NCBI GenBank assembly: GCA_002269645.1
Contig: NIVC01000514.1
Location: 434,001 to 498,000 of the forward strand
Source: Macrostomum lignano
Taxonomy: Eukaryota
Length of the DNA: 64,000 nt
Reading direction: 5' to 3'
Shown: piece by piece, positions 47,601-59,600 of the stretch
Layout: every line of letters starts with the position of its first letter
Numbering within the stretch: the stretch's first letter is position 1
Program-made: the position numbers and the translations under genes
Notes under the pieces: generated by a model
Databases searched by the model: none
Seen by the model: only the letters and a program-made list of their open reading frames with translations
What the model was told of the DNA's origin: nothing

Positions 47601-50600
47601 CTTGCTTACTCGAGCGCTCTTTGCTGTCGCCGTCTTTAGTTGACTCGGCCTGTCGCTTCTCGTCCGACTGCGCGAGCTCGACACTGGCGCCAGCTTGTCC
47701 AAGACCGAGCTTGGCGCTAGATTCTTGCTTACTCGAGCGCTCTTTGCTGTCGCCGTCTTTAGTTGACTCGGCCTGTCGCTTCTCGTCCGACTGCGCGAGC
47801 TCGACACTGGCGCCAGCTTGTCCAAGACCGAGCTTGGCGCTAGATTCTTGCTTACTCGAGCGCTCTTTGCTGTCGCCGTCTTTAGTTGACTCGGCCTGTC
47901 GCTTCTCGTCCGACTGCGCGAGCTCGACACTGGCGCCAGCTTTCCAAGACCGAGCTTGGCGCTAGATTCTTGCTTACTCGAGCGCTCTTTGCTGTCGCCG
48001 TCTTTAGTTGACTCGGCCTGTCGCTTCTCGTCCGACTGCGCGAGCTCGACACTGGCGCCAGCTTGTCCAAGACCGAGCTTGGCGCTAGATTCTTGCTTAC
48101 TCGAGCGCTCTTTGCTGTCGCCGTCTTTAGTTGACTCGGCCTGTCGCTTCTCGTCCGACTGCGCGAGCTCGACACTGGCGCCAGCTTGTCCAAGACCGAG
48201 CTTGGCGCTAGATTCTTGCTTACTCGAGCGCTCTTTGCTGTCGCCGTCTTTAGTTGACTCGGCCTGTCGCTTCTCGTCCGACTGCGCGAGCTCGACACTG
48301 GCGCCAGCTTGTCCAAGACCGAGCTTGGCGCTAGATTCTTGCTTACTCGAGCGCTCTTTGCTGTCGCCGTCTTTAGTTGACTCGGCCTGTCGCTTCTCGT
48401 CCGACTGCGCGAGCTCGACACTGGCGCCAGCTTGTCCAAGACCGAGCTTGGCGCTAGATTCTTGCTTACTCGAGCGCTCTTTGCTGTCGCCGTCTTTAGT
48501 TGACTCGGCCTGTCGCTTCTCGTCCGACTGCGCGAGCTCGACACTGGCGCCAGCTTGTCCAAGACCGAGCTTGGCGCTAGATTCTTGCTTACTCGAGCGC
48601 TCTTTGCTGTCGCCGTCTTTAGTTGACTCGGCCTGTCGCTTCTCGTCCGACTGCGCGAGCTCGACACTGGCGCCAGCTTGTCCAAGACCGAGCTTGGCGC
48701 TAGATTCTTGCTTACTCGAGCGCTCTTTGCTGTCGCCGTCTTTAGTTGACTCGGCCTGTCGCTTCTCGTCCGACTGCGCGAGCTCGACACTGGCGCCAGC
48801 TTGTCCAAGACCGAGCTTGGCGCTAGATTCTTGCTTACTCGAGCGCTCTTTGCTGTCGCCGTCTTTAGTTGACTCGGCCTGTCGCTTCTCGTCCGACTGC
48901 GCGAGCTCGACACTGGCGCCAGCTTGTCCAAGACCGAGCTTGGCGCTAGATTCTTGCTTACTCGAGCGCTCTTTGCTGTCGCCGTCTTTAGTTGACTCGG
49001 CCTGTCGCTTCTCGTCCGACTGCGCGAGCTCGACACTGGCGCCAGCTTGTCCAAGACCGAGCTTGGCGCTAGATTCTTGCTTACTCGAGCGCTCTTTGCT
49101 GTCGCCGTCTTTAGTTGACTCGGCCTGTCGCTTCTCGTCCGACTGCGCGAGCTCGACACTGGCGCCAGCTTGTCCAAGACCGAGCTTGGCGCTAGATTCT
49201 TGCTTACTCGAGCGCTCTTTGCTGTCGCCGTCTTTAGTTGACTCGGCCTGTCGCTTCTCGTCCGACTGCGCGAGCTCGACACTGGCGCCAGCTTTCCAAG
49301 ACCGAGCTTGGCGCTAGATTCTTGCTTACTCGAGCGCTCTTTGCTGTCGCCGTCTTTAGTTGACTCGGCCTGTCGCTTCTCGTCCGACTGCGCGAGCTCG
49401 ACACTGGCGCCAGCTTGTCCAAGACCGAGCTTGGCGCTAGATTCTTGCTTACTCGAGCGCTCTTTGCTGTCGCCGTCTTTAGTTGACTCGGCCTGTCGCT
49501 TCTCGTCCGACTGCGCGAGCTCGACACTGGCGCCAGCTTGTCCAAGACCGAGCTTGGCGCTAGATTCTTGCTTACTCGAGCGCTCTTTGCTGTCGCCGTC
49601 TTTAGTTGACTCGGCCTGTCGCTTCTCGTCCGACTGCGCGAGCTCGACACTGGCGCCAGCTTGTCCAAGACCGAGCTTGGCGCTAGATTCTTGCTTACTC
49701 GAGCGCTCTTTGCTGTCGCCGTCTTTAGTTGACTCGGCCTGTCGCTTCTCGTCCGACTGCGCGAGCTCGACACTGGCGCCAGCTTTCCAAGACCGAGCTT
49801 GGCGCTAGATTCTTGCTTACTCGAGCGCTCTTTGCTGTCGCCGTCTTTAGTTGACTCGGCCTGTCGCTTCTCGTCCGACTGCGCGAGCTCGACACTGGCG
49901 CCAGCTTGTCCAAGACCGAGCTTGGCGCTAGATTCTTGCTTACTCGAGCGCTCTTTGCTGTCGCCGTCTTTAGTTGACTCGGCCTGTCGCTTCTCGTCCG
50001 ACTGCGCGAGCTCGACACTGGCGCCAGCTTGTCCAAGACCGAGCTTGGCGCTAGATTCTTGCTTACTCGAGCGCTCTTTGCTGTCGCCGTCTTTAGTTGA
50101 CTCGGCCTGTCGCTTCTCGTCCGACTGCGCGAGCTCGACACTGGCGCCAGCTTGTCCAAGACCGAGCTTGGCGCTAGATTCTTGCTTACTCGAGCGCTCT
50201 TTGCTGTCGCCGTCTTTAGTTGACTCGGCCTGTCGCTTCTCGTCCGACTGCGCGAGCTCGACACTGGCGCCAGCTTGTCCAAGACCGAGCTTGGCGCTAG
50301 ATTCTTGCTTACTCGAGCGCTCTTTGCTGTCGCCGTCTTTAGTTGACTCGGCCTGTCGCTTCTCGTCCGACTGCGCGAGCTCGACACTGGCGCCAGCTTG
50401 TCCAAGACCGAGCTTGGCGCTAGATTCTTGCTTACTCGAGCGCTCTTTGCTGTCGCCGTCTTTAGTTGACTCGGCCTGTCGCTTCTCGTCCGACTGCGCG
50501 AGCTCGACACTGGCGCCAGCTTGTCCAAGACCGAGCTTGGCGCTAGATTCTTGCTTACTCGAGCGCTCTTTGCTGTCGCCGTCTTTAGTTGACTCGGCCT

Positions 50601-53600
50601 GTCGCTTCTCGTCCGACTGCGCGAGCTCGACACTGGCGCCAGCTTGTCCAAGACCGAGCTTGGCGCTAGATTCTTGCTTACTCGAGCGCTCTTTGCTGTC
50701 GCCGTCTTTAGTTGACTCGGCCTGTCGCTTCTCGTCCGACTGCGCGAGCTCGACACTGGCGCCAGCTTGTCCAAGACCGAGCTTGGCGCTAGATTCTTGC
50801 TTACTCGAGCGCTCTTTGCTGTCGCCGTCTTTAGTTGACTCGGCCTGTCGCTTCTCGTCCGACTGCGCGAGCTCGACACTGGCGCCAGCTTGTCCAAGAC
50901 CGAGCTTGGCGCTAGATTCTTGCTTACTCGAGCGCTCTTTGCTGTCGCCGTCTTTAGTTGACTCGGCCTGTCGCTTCTCGTCCGACTGCGCGAGCTCGAC
51001 ACTGGCGCCAGCTTGTCCAAGACCGAGCTTGGCGCTAGATTCTTGCTTACTCGAGCGCTCTTTGCTGTCGCCGTCTTTAGTTGACTCGGCCTGTCGCTTC
51101 TCGTCCGACTGCGCGAGCTCGACACTGGCGCCAGCTTGTCCAAGACCGAGCTTGGCGCTAGATTCTTGCTTACTCGAGCGCTCTTTGCTGTCGCCGTCTT
51201 TAGTTGACTCGGCCTGTCGCTTCTCGTCCGACTGCGCGAGCTCGACACTGGCGCCAGCTTGTCCAAGACCGAGCTTGGCGCTAGATTCTTGCTTACTCGA
51301 GCGCTCTTTGCTGTCGCCGTCTTTAGTTGACTCGGCCTGTCGCTTCTCGTCCGACTGCGCGAGCTCGACACTGGCGCCAGCTTGTCCAAGACCGAGCTTG
51401 GCGCTAGATTCTTGCTTACTCGAGCGCTCTTTGCTGTCGCCGTCTTTAGTTGACTCGGCCTGTCGCTTCTCGTCCGACTGCGCGAGCTCGACACTGGCGC
51501 CAGCTTGTCCAAGACCGAGCTTGGCGCTAGATTCTTGCTTACTCGAGCGCTCTTTGCTGTCGCCGTCTTTAGTTGACTCGGCCTGTCGCTTCTCGTCCGA
51601 CTGCGCGAGCTCGACACTGGCGCCAGCTTGTCCAAGACCGAGCTTGGCGCTAGATTCTTGCTTACTCGAGCGCTCTTTGCTGTCGCCGTCTTTAGTTGAC
51701 TCGGCCTGTCGCTTCTCGTCCGACTGCGCGAGCTCGACACTGGCGCCAGCTTGTCCAAGACCGAGCTTGGCGCTAGATTCTTGCTTACTCGAGCGCTCTT
51801 TGCTGTCGCCGTCTTTAGTTGACTCGGCCTGTCGCTTCTCGTCCGACTGCGCGAGCTCGACACTGGCGCCAGCTTGTCCAAGACCGAGCTTGGCGCTAGA
51901 TTCTTGCTTACTCGAGCGCTCTTTGCTGTCGCCGTCTTTAGTTGACTCGGCCTGTCGCTTCTCGTCCGACTGCGCGAGCTCGACACTGGCGCCAGCTTGT
52001 CCAAGACCGAGCTTGGCGCTAGATTCTTGCTTACTCGAGCGCTCTTTGCTGTCGCCGTCTTTAGTTGACTCGGCCTGTCGCTTCTCGTCCGACTGCGCGA
52101 GCTCGACACTGGCGCCAGCTTGTCCAAGACCGAGCTTGGCGCTAGATTCTTGCTTACTCGAGCGCTCTTTGCTGTCGCCGTCTTTAGTTGACTCGGCCTG
52201 TCGCTTCTCGTCCGACTGCGCGAGCTCGACACTGGCGCCAGCTTGTCCAAGACCGAGCTTGGCGCTAGATTCTTGCTTACTCGAGCGCTCTTTGCTGTCG
52301 CCGTCTTTAGTTGACTCGGCCTGTCGCTTCTCGTCCGACTGCGCGAGCTCGACACTGGCGCCAGCTTGTCCAAGACCGAGCTTGGCGCTAGATTCTTGCT
52401 TACTCGAGCGCTCTTTGCTGTCGCCGTCTTTAGTTGACTCGGCCTGTCGCTTCTCGTCCGACTGCGCGAGCTCGACACTGGCGCCAGCTTGTCCAAGACC
52501 GAGCTTGGCGCTAGATTCTTGCTTACTCGAGCGCTCTTTGCTGTCGCCGTCTTTAGTTGACTCGGCCTGTCGCTTCTCGTCCGACTGCGCGAGCTCGACA
52601 CTGGCGCCAGCTTGTCCAAGACCGAGCTTGGCGCTAGATTCTTGCTTACTCGAGCGCTCTTTGCTGTCGCCGTCTTTAGTTGACTCGGCCTGTCGCTTCT
52701 CGTCCGACTGCGCGAGCTCGACACTGGCGCCAGCTTGTCCAAGACCGAGCTTGGCGCTAGATTCTTGCTTACTCGAGCGCTCTTTGCTGTCGCCGTCTTT
52801 AGTTGACTCGGCCTGTCGCTTCTCGTCCGACTGCGCGAGCTCGACACTGGCGCCAGCTTGTCCAAGACCGAGCTTGGCGCTAGATTCTTGCTTACTCGAG
52901 CGCTCTTTGCTGTCGCCGTCTTTAGTTGACTCGGCCTGTCGCTTCTCGTCCGACTGCGCGAGCTCGACACTGGCGCCAGCTTGTCCAAGACCGAGCTTGG
53001 CGCTAGATTCTTGCTTACTCGAGCGCTCTTTGCTGTCGCCGTCTTTAGTTGACTCGGCCTGTCGCTTCTCGTCCGACTGCGCGAGCTCGACACTGGCGCC
53101 AGCTTGTCCAAGACCGAGCTTGGCGCTAGATTCTTGCTTACTCGAGCGCTCTTTGCTGTCGCCGTCTTTAGTTGACTCGGCCTGTCGCTTCTCGTCCGAC
53201 TGCGCGAGCTCGACACTGGCGCCAGCTTGTCCAAGACCGAGCTTGGCGCTAGATTCTTGCTTACTCGAGCGCTCTTTGCTGTCGCCGTCTTTAGTTGACT
53301 CGGCCTGTCGCTTCTCGTCCGACTGCGCGAGCTCGACACTGGCGCCAGCTTGTCCAAGACCGAGCTTGGCGCTAGATTCTTGCTTACTCGAGCGCTCTTT
53401 GCTGTCGCCGTCTTTAGTTGACTCGGCCTGTCGCTTCTCGTCCGACTGCGCGAGCTCGACACTGGCGCCAGCTTGTCCAAGACCGAGCTTGGCGCTAGAT
53501 TCTTGCTTACTCGAGCGCTCTTTGCTGTCGCCGTCTTTAGTTGACTCGGCCTGTCGCTTCTCGTCCGACTGCGCGAGCTCGACACTGGCGCCAGCTTGTC

Positions 53601-56600
53601 CAAGACCGAGCTTGGCGCTAGATTCTTGCTTACTCGAGCGCTCTTTGCTGTCGCCGTCTTTAGTTGACTCGGCCTGTCGCTTCTCGTCCGACTGCGCGAG
53701 CTCGACACTGGCGCCAGCTTGTCCAAGACCGAGCTTGGCGCTAGATTCTTGCTTACTCGAGCGCTCTTTGCTGTCGCCGTCTTTAGTTGACTCGGCCTGT
53801 CGCTTCTCGTCCGACTGCGCGAGCTCGACACTGGCGCCAGCTTGTCCAAGACCGAGCTTGGCGCTAGATTCTTGCTTACTCGAGCGCTCTTTGCTGTCGC
53901 CGTCTTTAGTTGACTCGGCCTGTCGCTTCTCGTCCGACTGCGCGAGCTCGACACTGGCGCCAGCTTGTCCAAGACCGAGCTTGGCGCTAGATTCTTGCTT
54001 ACTCGAGCGCTCTTTGCTGTCGCCGTCTTTAGTTGACTCGGCCTGTCGCTTCTCGTCCGACTGCGCGAGCTCGACACTGGCGCCAGCTTGTCCAAGACCG
54101 AGCTTGGCGCTAGATTCTTGCTTACTCGAGCGCTCTTTGCTGTCGCCGTCTTTAGTTGACTCGGCCTGTCGCTTCTCGTCCGACTGCGCGAGCTCGACAC
54201 TGGCGCCAGCTTGTCCAAGACCGAGCTTGGCGCTAGATTCTTGCTTACTCGAGCGCTCTTTGCTGTCGCCGTCTTTAGTTGACTCGGCCTGTCGCTTCTC
54301 GTCCGACTGCGCGAGCTCGACACTGGCGCCAGCTTGTCCAAGACCGAGCTTGGCGCTAGATTCTTGCTTACTCGAGCGCTCTTTGCTGTCGCCGTCTTTA
54401 GTTGACTCGGCCTGTCGCTTCTCGTCCGACTGCGCGAGCTCGACACTGGCGCCAGCTTGTCCAAGACCGAGCTTGGCGCTAGATTCTTGCTTACTCGAGC
54501 GCTCTTTGCTGTCGCCGTCTTTAGTTGACTCGGCCTGTCGCTTCTCGTCCGACTGCGCGAGCTCGACACTGGCGCCAGCTTGTCCAAGACCGAGCTTGGC
54601 GCTAGATTCTTGCTTACTCGAGCGCTCTTTGCTGTCGCCGTCTTTAGTTGACTCGGCCTGTCGCTTCTCGTCCGACTGCGCGAGCTCGACACTGGCGCCA
54701 GCTTGTCCAAGACCGAGCTTGGCGCTAGATTCTTGCTTACTCGAGCGCTCTTTGCTGTCGCCGTCTTTAGTTGACTCGGCCTGTCGCTTCTCGTCCGACT
54801 GCGCGAGCTCGACACTGGCGCCAGCTTGTCCAAGACCGAGCTTGGCGCTAGATTCTTGCTTACTCGAGCGCTCTTTGCTGTCGCCGTCTTTAGTTGACTC
54901 GGCCTGTCGCTTCTCGTCCGACTGCGCGAGCTCGACACTGGCGCCAGCTTGTCCAAGACCGAGCTTGGCGCTAGATTCTTGCTTACTCGAGCGCTCTTTG
55001 CGTCGCCGTCTTTAGTTGACTCGGCCTGTCGCTTCTCGTCCGACTGCGCGAGCTCGACACTGGCGCCAGCTTGTCCAAGACCGAGCTTGGCGCTAGATTC
55101 TTGCTTACTCGAGCGCTCTTTGCTGTCGCCGTCTTTAGTTGACTCGGCCTGTCGCTTCTCGTCCGACTGCGCGAGCTCGACACTGGCGCCAGCTTGTCCA
55201 AGACCGAGCTTGGCGCTAGATTCTTGCTTACTCGAGCGCTCTTTGCTGTCGCCGTCTTTAGTTGACTCGGCCTGTCGCTTCTCGTCCGACTGCGCGAGCT
55301 CGACACTGGCGCCAGCTTGTCCAAGACCGAGCTTGGCGCTAGATTCTTGCTTACTCGAGCGCTCTTTGCTGTCGCCGTCTTTAGTTGACTCGGCCTGTCG
55401 CTTCTCGTCCGACTGCGCGAGCTCGACACTGGCGCCAGCTTGTCCAAGACCGAGCTTGGCGCTAGATTCTTGCTTACTCGAGCGCTCTTTGCTGTCGCCG
55501 TCTTTAGTTGACTCGGCCTGTCGCTTCTCGTCCGACTGCGCGAGCTCGACACTGGCGCCAGCTTGTCCAAGACCGAGCTTGGCGCTAGATTCTTGCTTAC
55601 TCGAGCGCTCTTTGCTGTCGCCGTCTTTAGTTGACTCGGCCTGTCGCTTCTCGTCCGACTGCGCGAGCTCGACACTGGCGCCAGCTTGTCCAAGACCGAG
55701 CTTGGCGCTAGATTCTTGCTTACTCGAGCGCTCTTTGCTGTCGCCGTCTTTAGTTGACTCGGCCTGTCGCTTCTCGTCCGACTGCGCGAGCTCGACACTG
55801 GCGCCAGCTTGTCCAAGACCGAGCTTGGCGCTAGATTCTTGCTTACTCGAGCGCTCTTTGCTGTCGCCGTCTTTAGTTGACTCGGCCTGTCGCTTCTCGT
55901 CCGACTGCGCGAGCTCGACACTGGCGCCAGCTTGTCCAAGACCGAGCTTGGCGCTAGATTCTTGCTTACTCGAGCGCTCTTTGCTGTCGCCGTCTTTAGT
56001 TGACTCGGCCTGTCGCTTCTCGTCCGACTGCGCGAGCTCGACACTGGCGCCAGCTTGTCCAAGACCGAGCTTGGCGCTAGATTCTTGCTTACTCGAGCGC
56101 TCTTTGCTGTCGCCGTCTTTAGTTGACTCGGCCTGTCGCTTCTCGTCCGACTGCGCGAGCTCGACACTGGCGCCAGCTTGTCCAAGACCGAGCTTGGCGC
56201 TAGATTCTTGCTTACTCGAGCGCTCTTTGCGTCGCCGTCTTTAGTTGACTCGGCCTGTCGCTTCTCGTCCGACTGCGCGAGCTCGACACTGGCGCCAGCT
56301 TGTCCAAGACCGAGCTTGGCGCTAGATTCTTGCTTACTCGAGCGCTCTTTGCTGTCGCCGTCTTTAGTTGACTCGGCCTGTCGCTTCTCGTCCGACTGCG
56401 CGAGCTCGACACTGGCGCCAGCTTGTCCAAGACCGAGCTTGGCGCTAGATTCTTGCTTACTCGAGCGCTCTTTGCTGTCGCCGTCTTTAGTTGACTCGGC
56501 CTGTCGCTTCTCGTCCGACTGCGCGAGCTCGACACTGGCGCCAGCTTGTCCAAGACCGAGCTTGGCGCTAGATTCTTGCTTACTCGAGCGCTCTTTGCGT

Positions 56601-59600
56601 CGCCGTCTTTAGTTGACTCGGCCTGTCGCTTCTCGTCCGACTGCGCGAGCTCGACACTGGCGCCAGCTTGTCCAAGACCGAGCTTGGCGCTAGATTCTTG
56701 CTTACTCGAGCGCTCTTTGCTGTCGCCGTCTTTAGTTGACTCGGCCTGTCGCTTCTCGTCCGACTGCGCGAGCTCGACACTGGCGCCAGCTTTTCCAAGA
56801 CCGAGCTTGGCGCTAGATTCTTGCTTACTCGAGCGCTCTCTGCGGTCGCCGTCTTTAGTTGACTCGGCCTGTCGCTTCTCGTCCGACTGCGCGAGCTCGA
56901 CACTGGCGCCAGCTTTCCAAGACCGAGCTTGGCGCTAGATTCTTGCTTACTCGAGCGCTCTTTGCTGTCGCCGTCTTTAGTTGACTCGGCCTGTCGCTTC
57001 TCGTCCGACTGCGCGAGCTCGACACTGGCGCCAGCTTGTCCAAGACCGAGCTTGGCGCTAGATTCTTGCTTACTCGAGCGCTCTTTGCTGTCGCCGTCTT
57101 TAGTTGACTCGGCCTGTCGCTTCTCGTCCGACTGCGCGAGCTCGACACTGGCGCCAGCTTGTCCAAGACCGAGCTTGGCGCTAGATTCTTGCTTACTCGA
57201 GCGCTCTTTGCTGTCGCCGTCTTTAGTTGACTCGGCCTGTCGCTTCTCGTCCGACTGCGCGAGCTCGACACTGGCGCCAGCTTTTCCAAGACCGAGCTTG
57301 GCGCTAGATTCTTGCTTACTCGAGCGCTCTTTGCTGTCGCCGTCTTTAGTTGACTCGGCCTGTCGCTTCTCGTCCGACTGCGCGAGCTCGACACTGGCGC
57401 CAGCTTTTCCAAGACCGAGCTTGGCGCTAGATTCTTGCTTACTCGAGCGCTCTTTGCTGTCGCCGTCTTTAGTTGACTCGGCCTGTCGCTTCTCGTCCGA
57501 CTGCGCGAGCTCGACACTGGCGCCAGCTTTTCCAAGACCGAGCTTGGCGCTAGATTCTTGCTTACTCGAGCGCTCTTTGCTGTCGCCGTCTTTAGTTGAC
57601 TCGGCCTGTCGCTTCTCGTCCGACTGCGCGAGCTCGACACTGGCGCCAGCTTGTTCGCCTGTGACGCATAGTTTTTCTGATGTAGTTTGATTATCTTTTT
57701 TAAAGGCGAAACTCGTTTTTGATTCGTCCTTAGATAGGTGTATTCCTTGTCTTGAGGTGGACTTTGTTTTAGTTAGAGCTCCTTCTTTGGTTTCTTTTTC
57801 CTTTTTGTATATCCCGATTTGCTTTGTTTGATCGCCTGCGCCGGCCTCGACCTCGTATTGTCCGTGGCCTAGGGTTAATGCAACTTCTTGTTCATTGGTT
57901 CTTGCTGCTATTTTATGTTTTCCCTTTTTTACTTTGGCTTCCGTTCCCATGGATCCGTGCGTGATGCCTAATTGAGTGTCGTTGCGTTGTACCGATAAAC
58001 CGAAGTCATCATCTGCTGTTTTAACTTTTAGCTGATACTGCTTTCTTTTTAATTTGATGCCATCTCCAGACAACTCCACTTTGGTATCCTTTGGTGCGTT
58101 AGGCTTCTTCGGTTTTTTTACTTGCTGTTTGTATTTTCTTGGCATGGAGGAATGATTCATCTTGTTTTGCTTATTAGCAGTTGATAATGTTTTCGAGAGA
58201 GTTCTCTTGGCTTGATCTACGGCTTGGCTTGTCATGTCTCCTATGCTCTTTCTTAAATAATCCTCTAGTATAGCACTGACTACTTCGCTGGTTTGCGACC
58301 GCATTTGCTGCCCGACTTTGCTTGTCAGTTGGCTGAGATGCTCCTTATTTCTCATGTTTTTTTCCTTTAGCTTGAGATTAGGGTTGTACTCGATTTCCCA
58401 ATCGTCGCTTCCGTCAATTAAAATGCCATCTATATTTTTTACAATGTTCCCAACGACAGTTCTCAAGTTCTCAACGTGCACTCCGATGGCTGCTGCATCC
58501 ACCGCCACGGCTGCCAGCCTGAGGAAAACTAGGAGCCCTTTAAAGTGTTCTGCTAATTCAGAGTTTAAATTGCTCAGATATGACTTTATTGTATCCATGA
58601 CCTTTTCCATCGCTTCTGCATCGTGCAGAACTTGGTGTGCTGCCTCTTCCGTGGCTTCTTTAAGTGCCTTCAATACACTGGTTTGCAGCTCCGGAGTAAG
58701 CATGGAGAAATCGAATACATTCATTTTTTCCGTCTCTTGATTTTTCTGCACGCACATGGGAGCTGCTATTCGAACAACAATGTCGTACAGCCTTCCTCGC
58801 TGGGCTTCTTCCTCGCATTTTCCCTCGATATCGGCTTCAACATTCTTCTTCAACTTAGAAATTAAACTGTCAATGAGCCGTCTTTGAGCATCAGTTACAG
58901 CAAAGTCTGCTAAAAACTTAAACACGGGATTGTCTACTATACCTTTGAGCACTTTTACTGTATTTTCTCCAACCAACTTTGTGACCACAGATCCAGCTTT
59001 GGAATAGTATTTACTTCCGACTGAACTCATATTTTTCGCCACTGCTCCGAACTTTGTCGATAATTTTAAGTACCCAATAACTTTACTAAAGCCGAAAGTA
59101 AGTAGGGATAAGCCAATGTTTAGAGCCTTGCTTTTCAACCAAGACGTAGAATCAAATTCTCCTTTAAGTAAACCCATGGTACCGGCCAATATGTCACTGA
59201 AGCCTTCGAAGACTAAGTTAACACCGCCAACAGAACTCATAACGCAGCCAATGGCGATCTCGATTAGACCTAAAATTATTACCGCGATCGCGAATCGATA
59301 CTGGGGTTTCTTCATCACACTGAATAGCCTCACGTGACCCAATAAATAGAGTGACCTCAGCTCATCAAGTGTAATTCTGTCTGGGTCTTTCTCGATGTCC
59401 TTTATACAAGTGCTGATAGCGACGATTTGGCAATCTTTTAATTCTTCAAGCTTTTTTAAACTTTGTTCAATTCCAGCTTTGTACTTGAGGATAATATCAA
59501 TCCTAGTAGTACATTGGCCGAATAGTGCACTTTTATCAGACTTTTCATCCAATTTGAATGCTTGATCGGATGTAACCTCTTGATCAGCCTGATCCACTTG

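Noticed and set aside
44685-57654. CRISPR-like array
   Set aside because: The units are contiguous with no unique spacers, there are no cas genes, and the context is eukaryotic.
44618-57690. Very long plus-strand ORFs (ALDSCLLERSLLSPSLV..., up to 1738 aa) and alternative minus-frame ORFs in the 123-bp array
   Set aside because: They are by-products of a unit whose length is a multiple of 3 and that lacks stops in several frames. Only one frame is continuous with the unique SecA-like ORF and its unique terminus.
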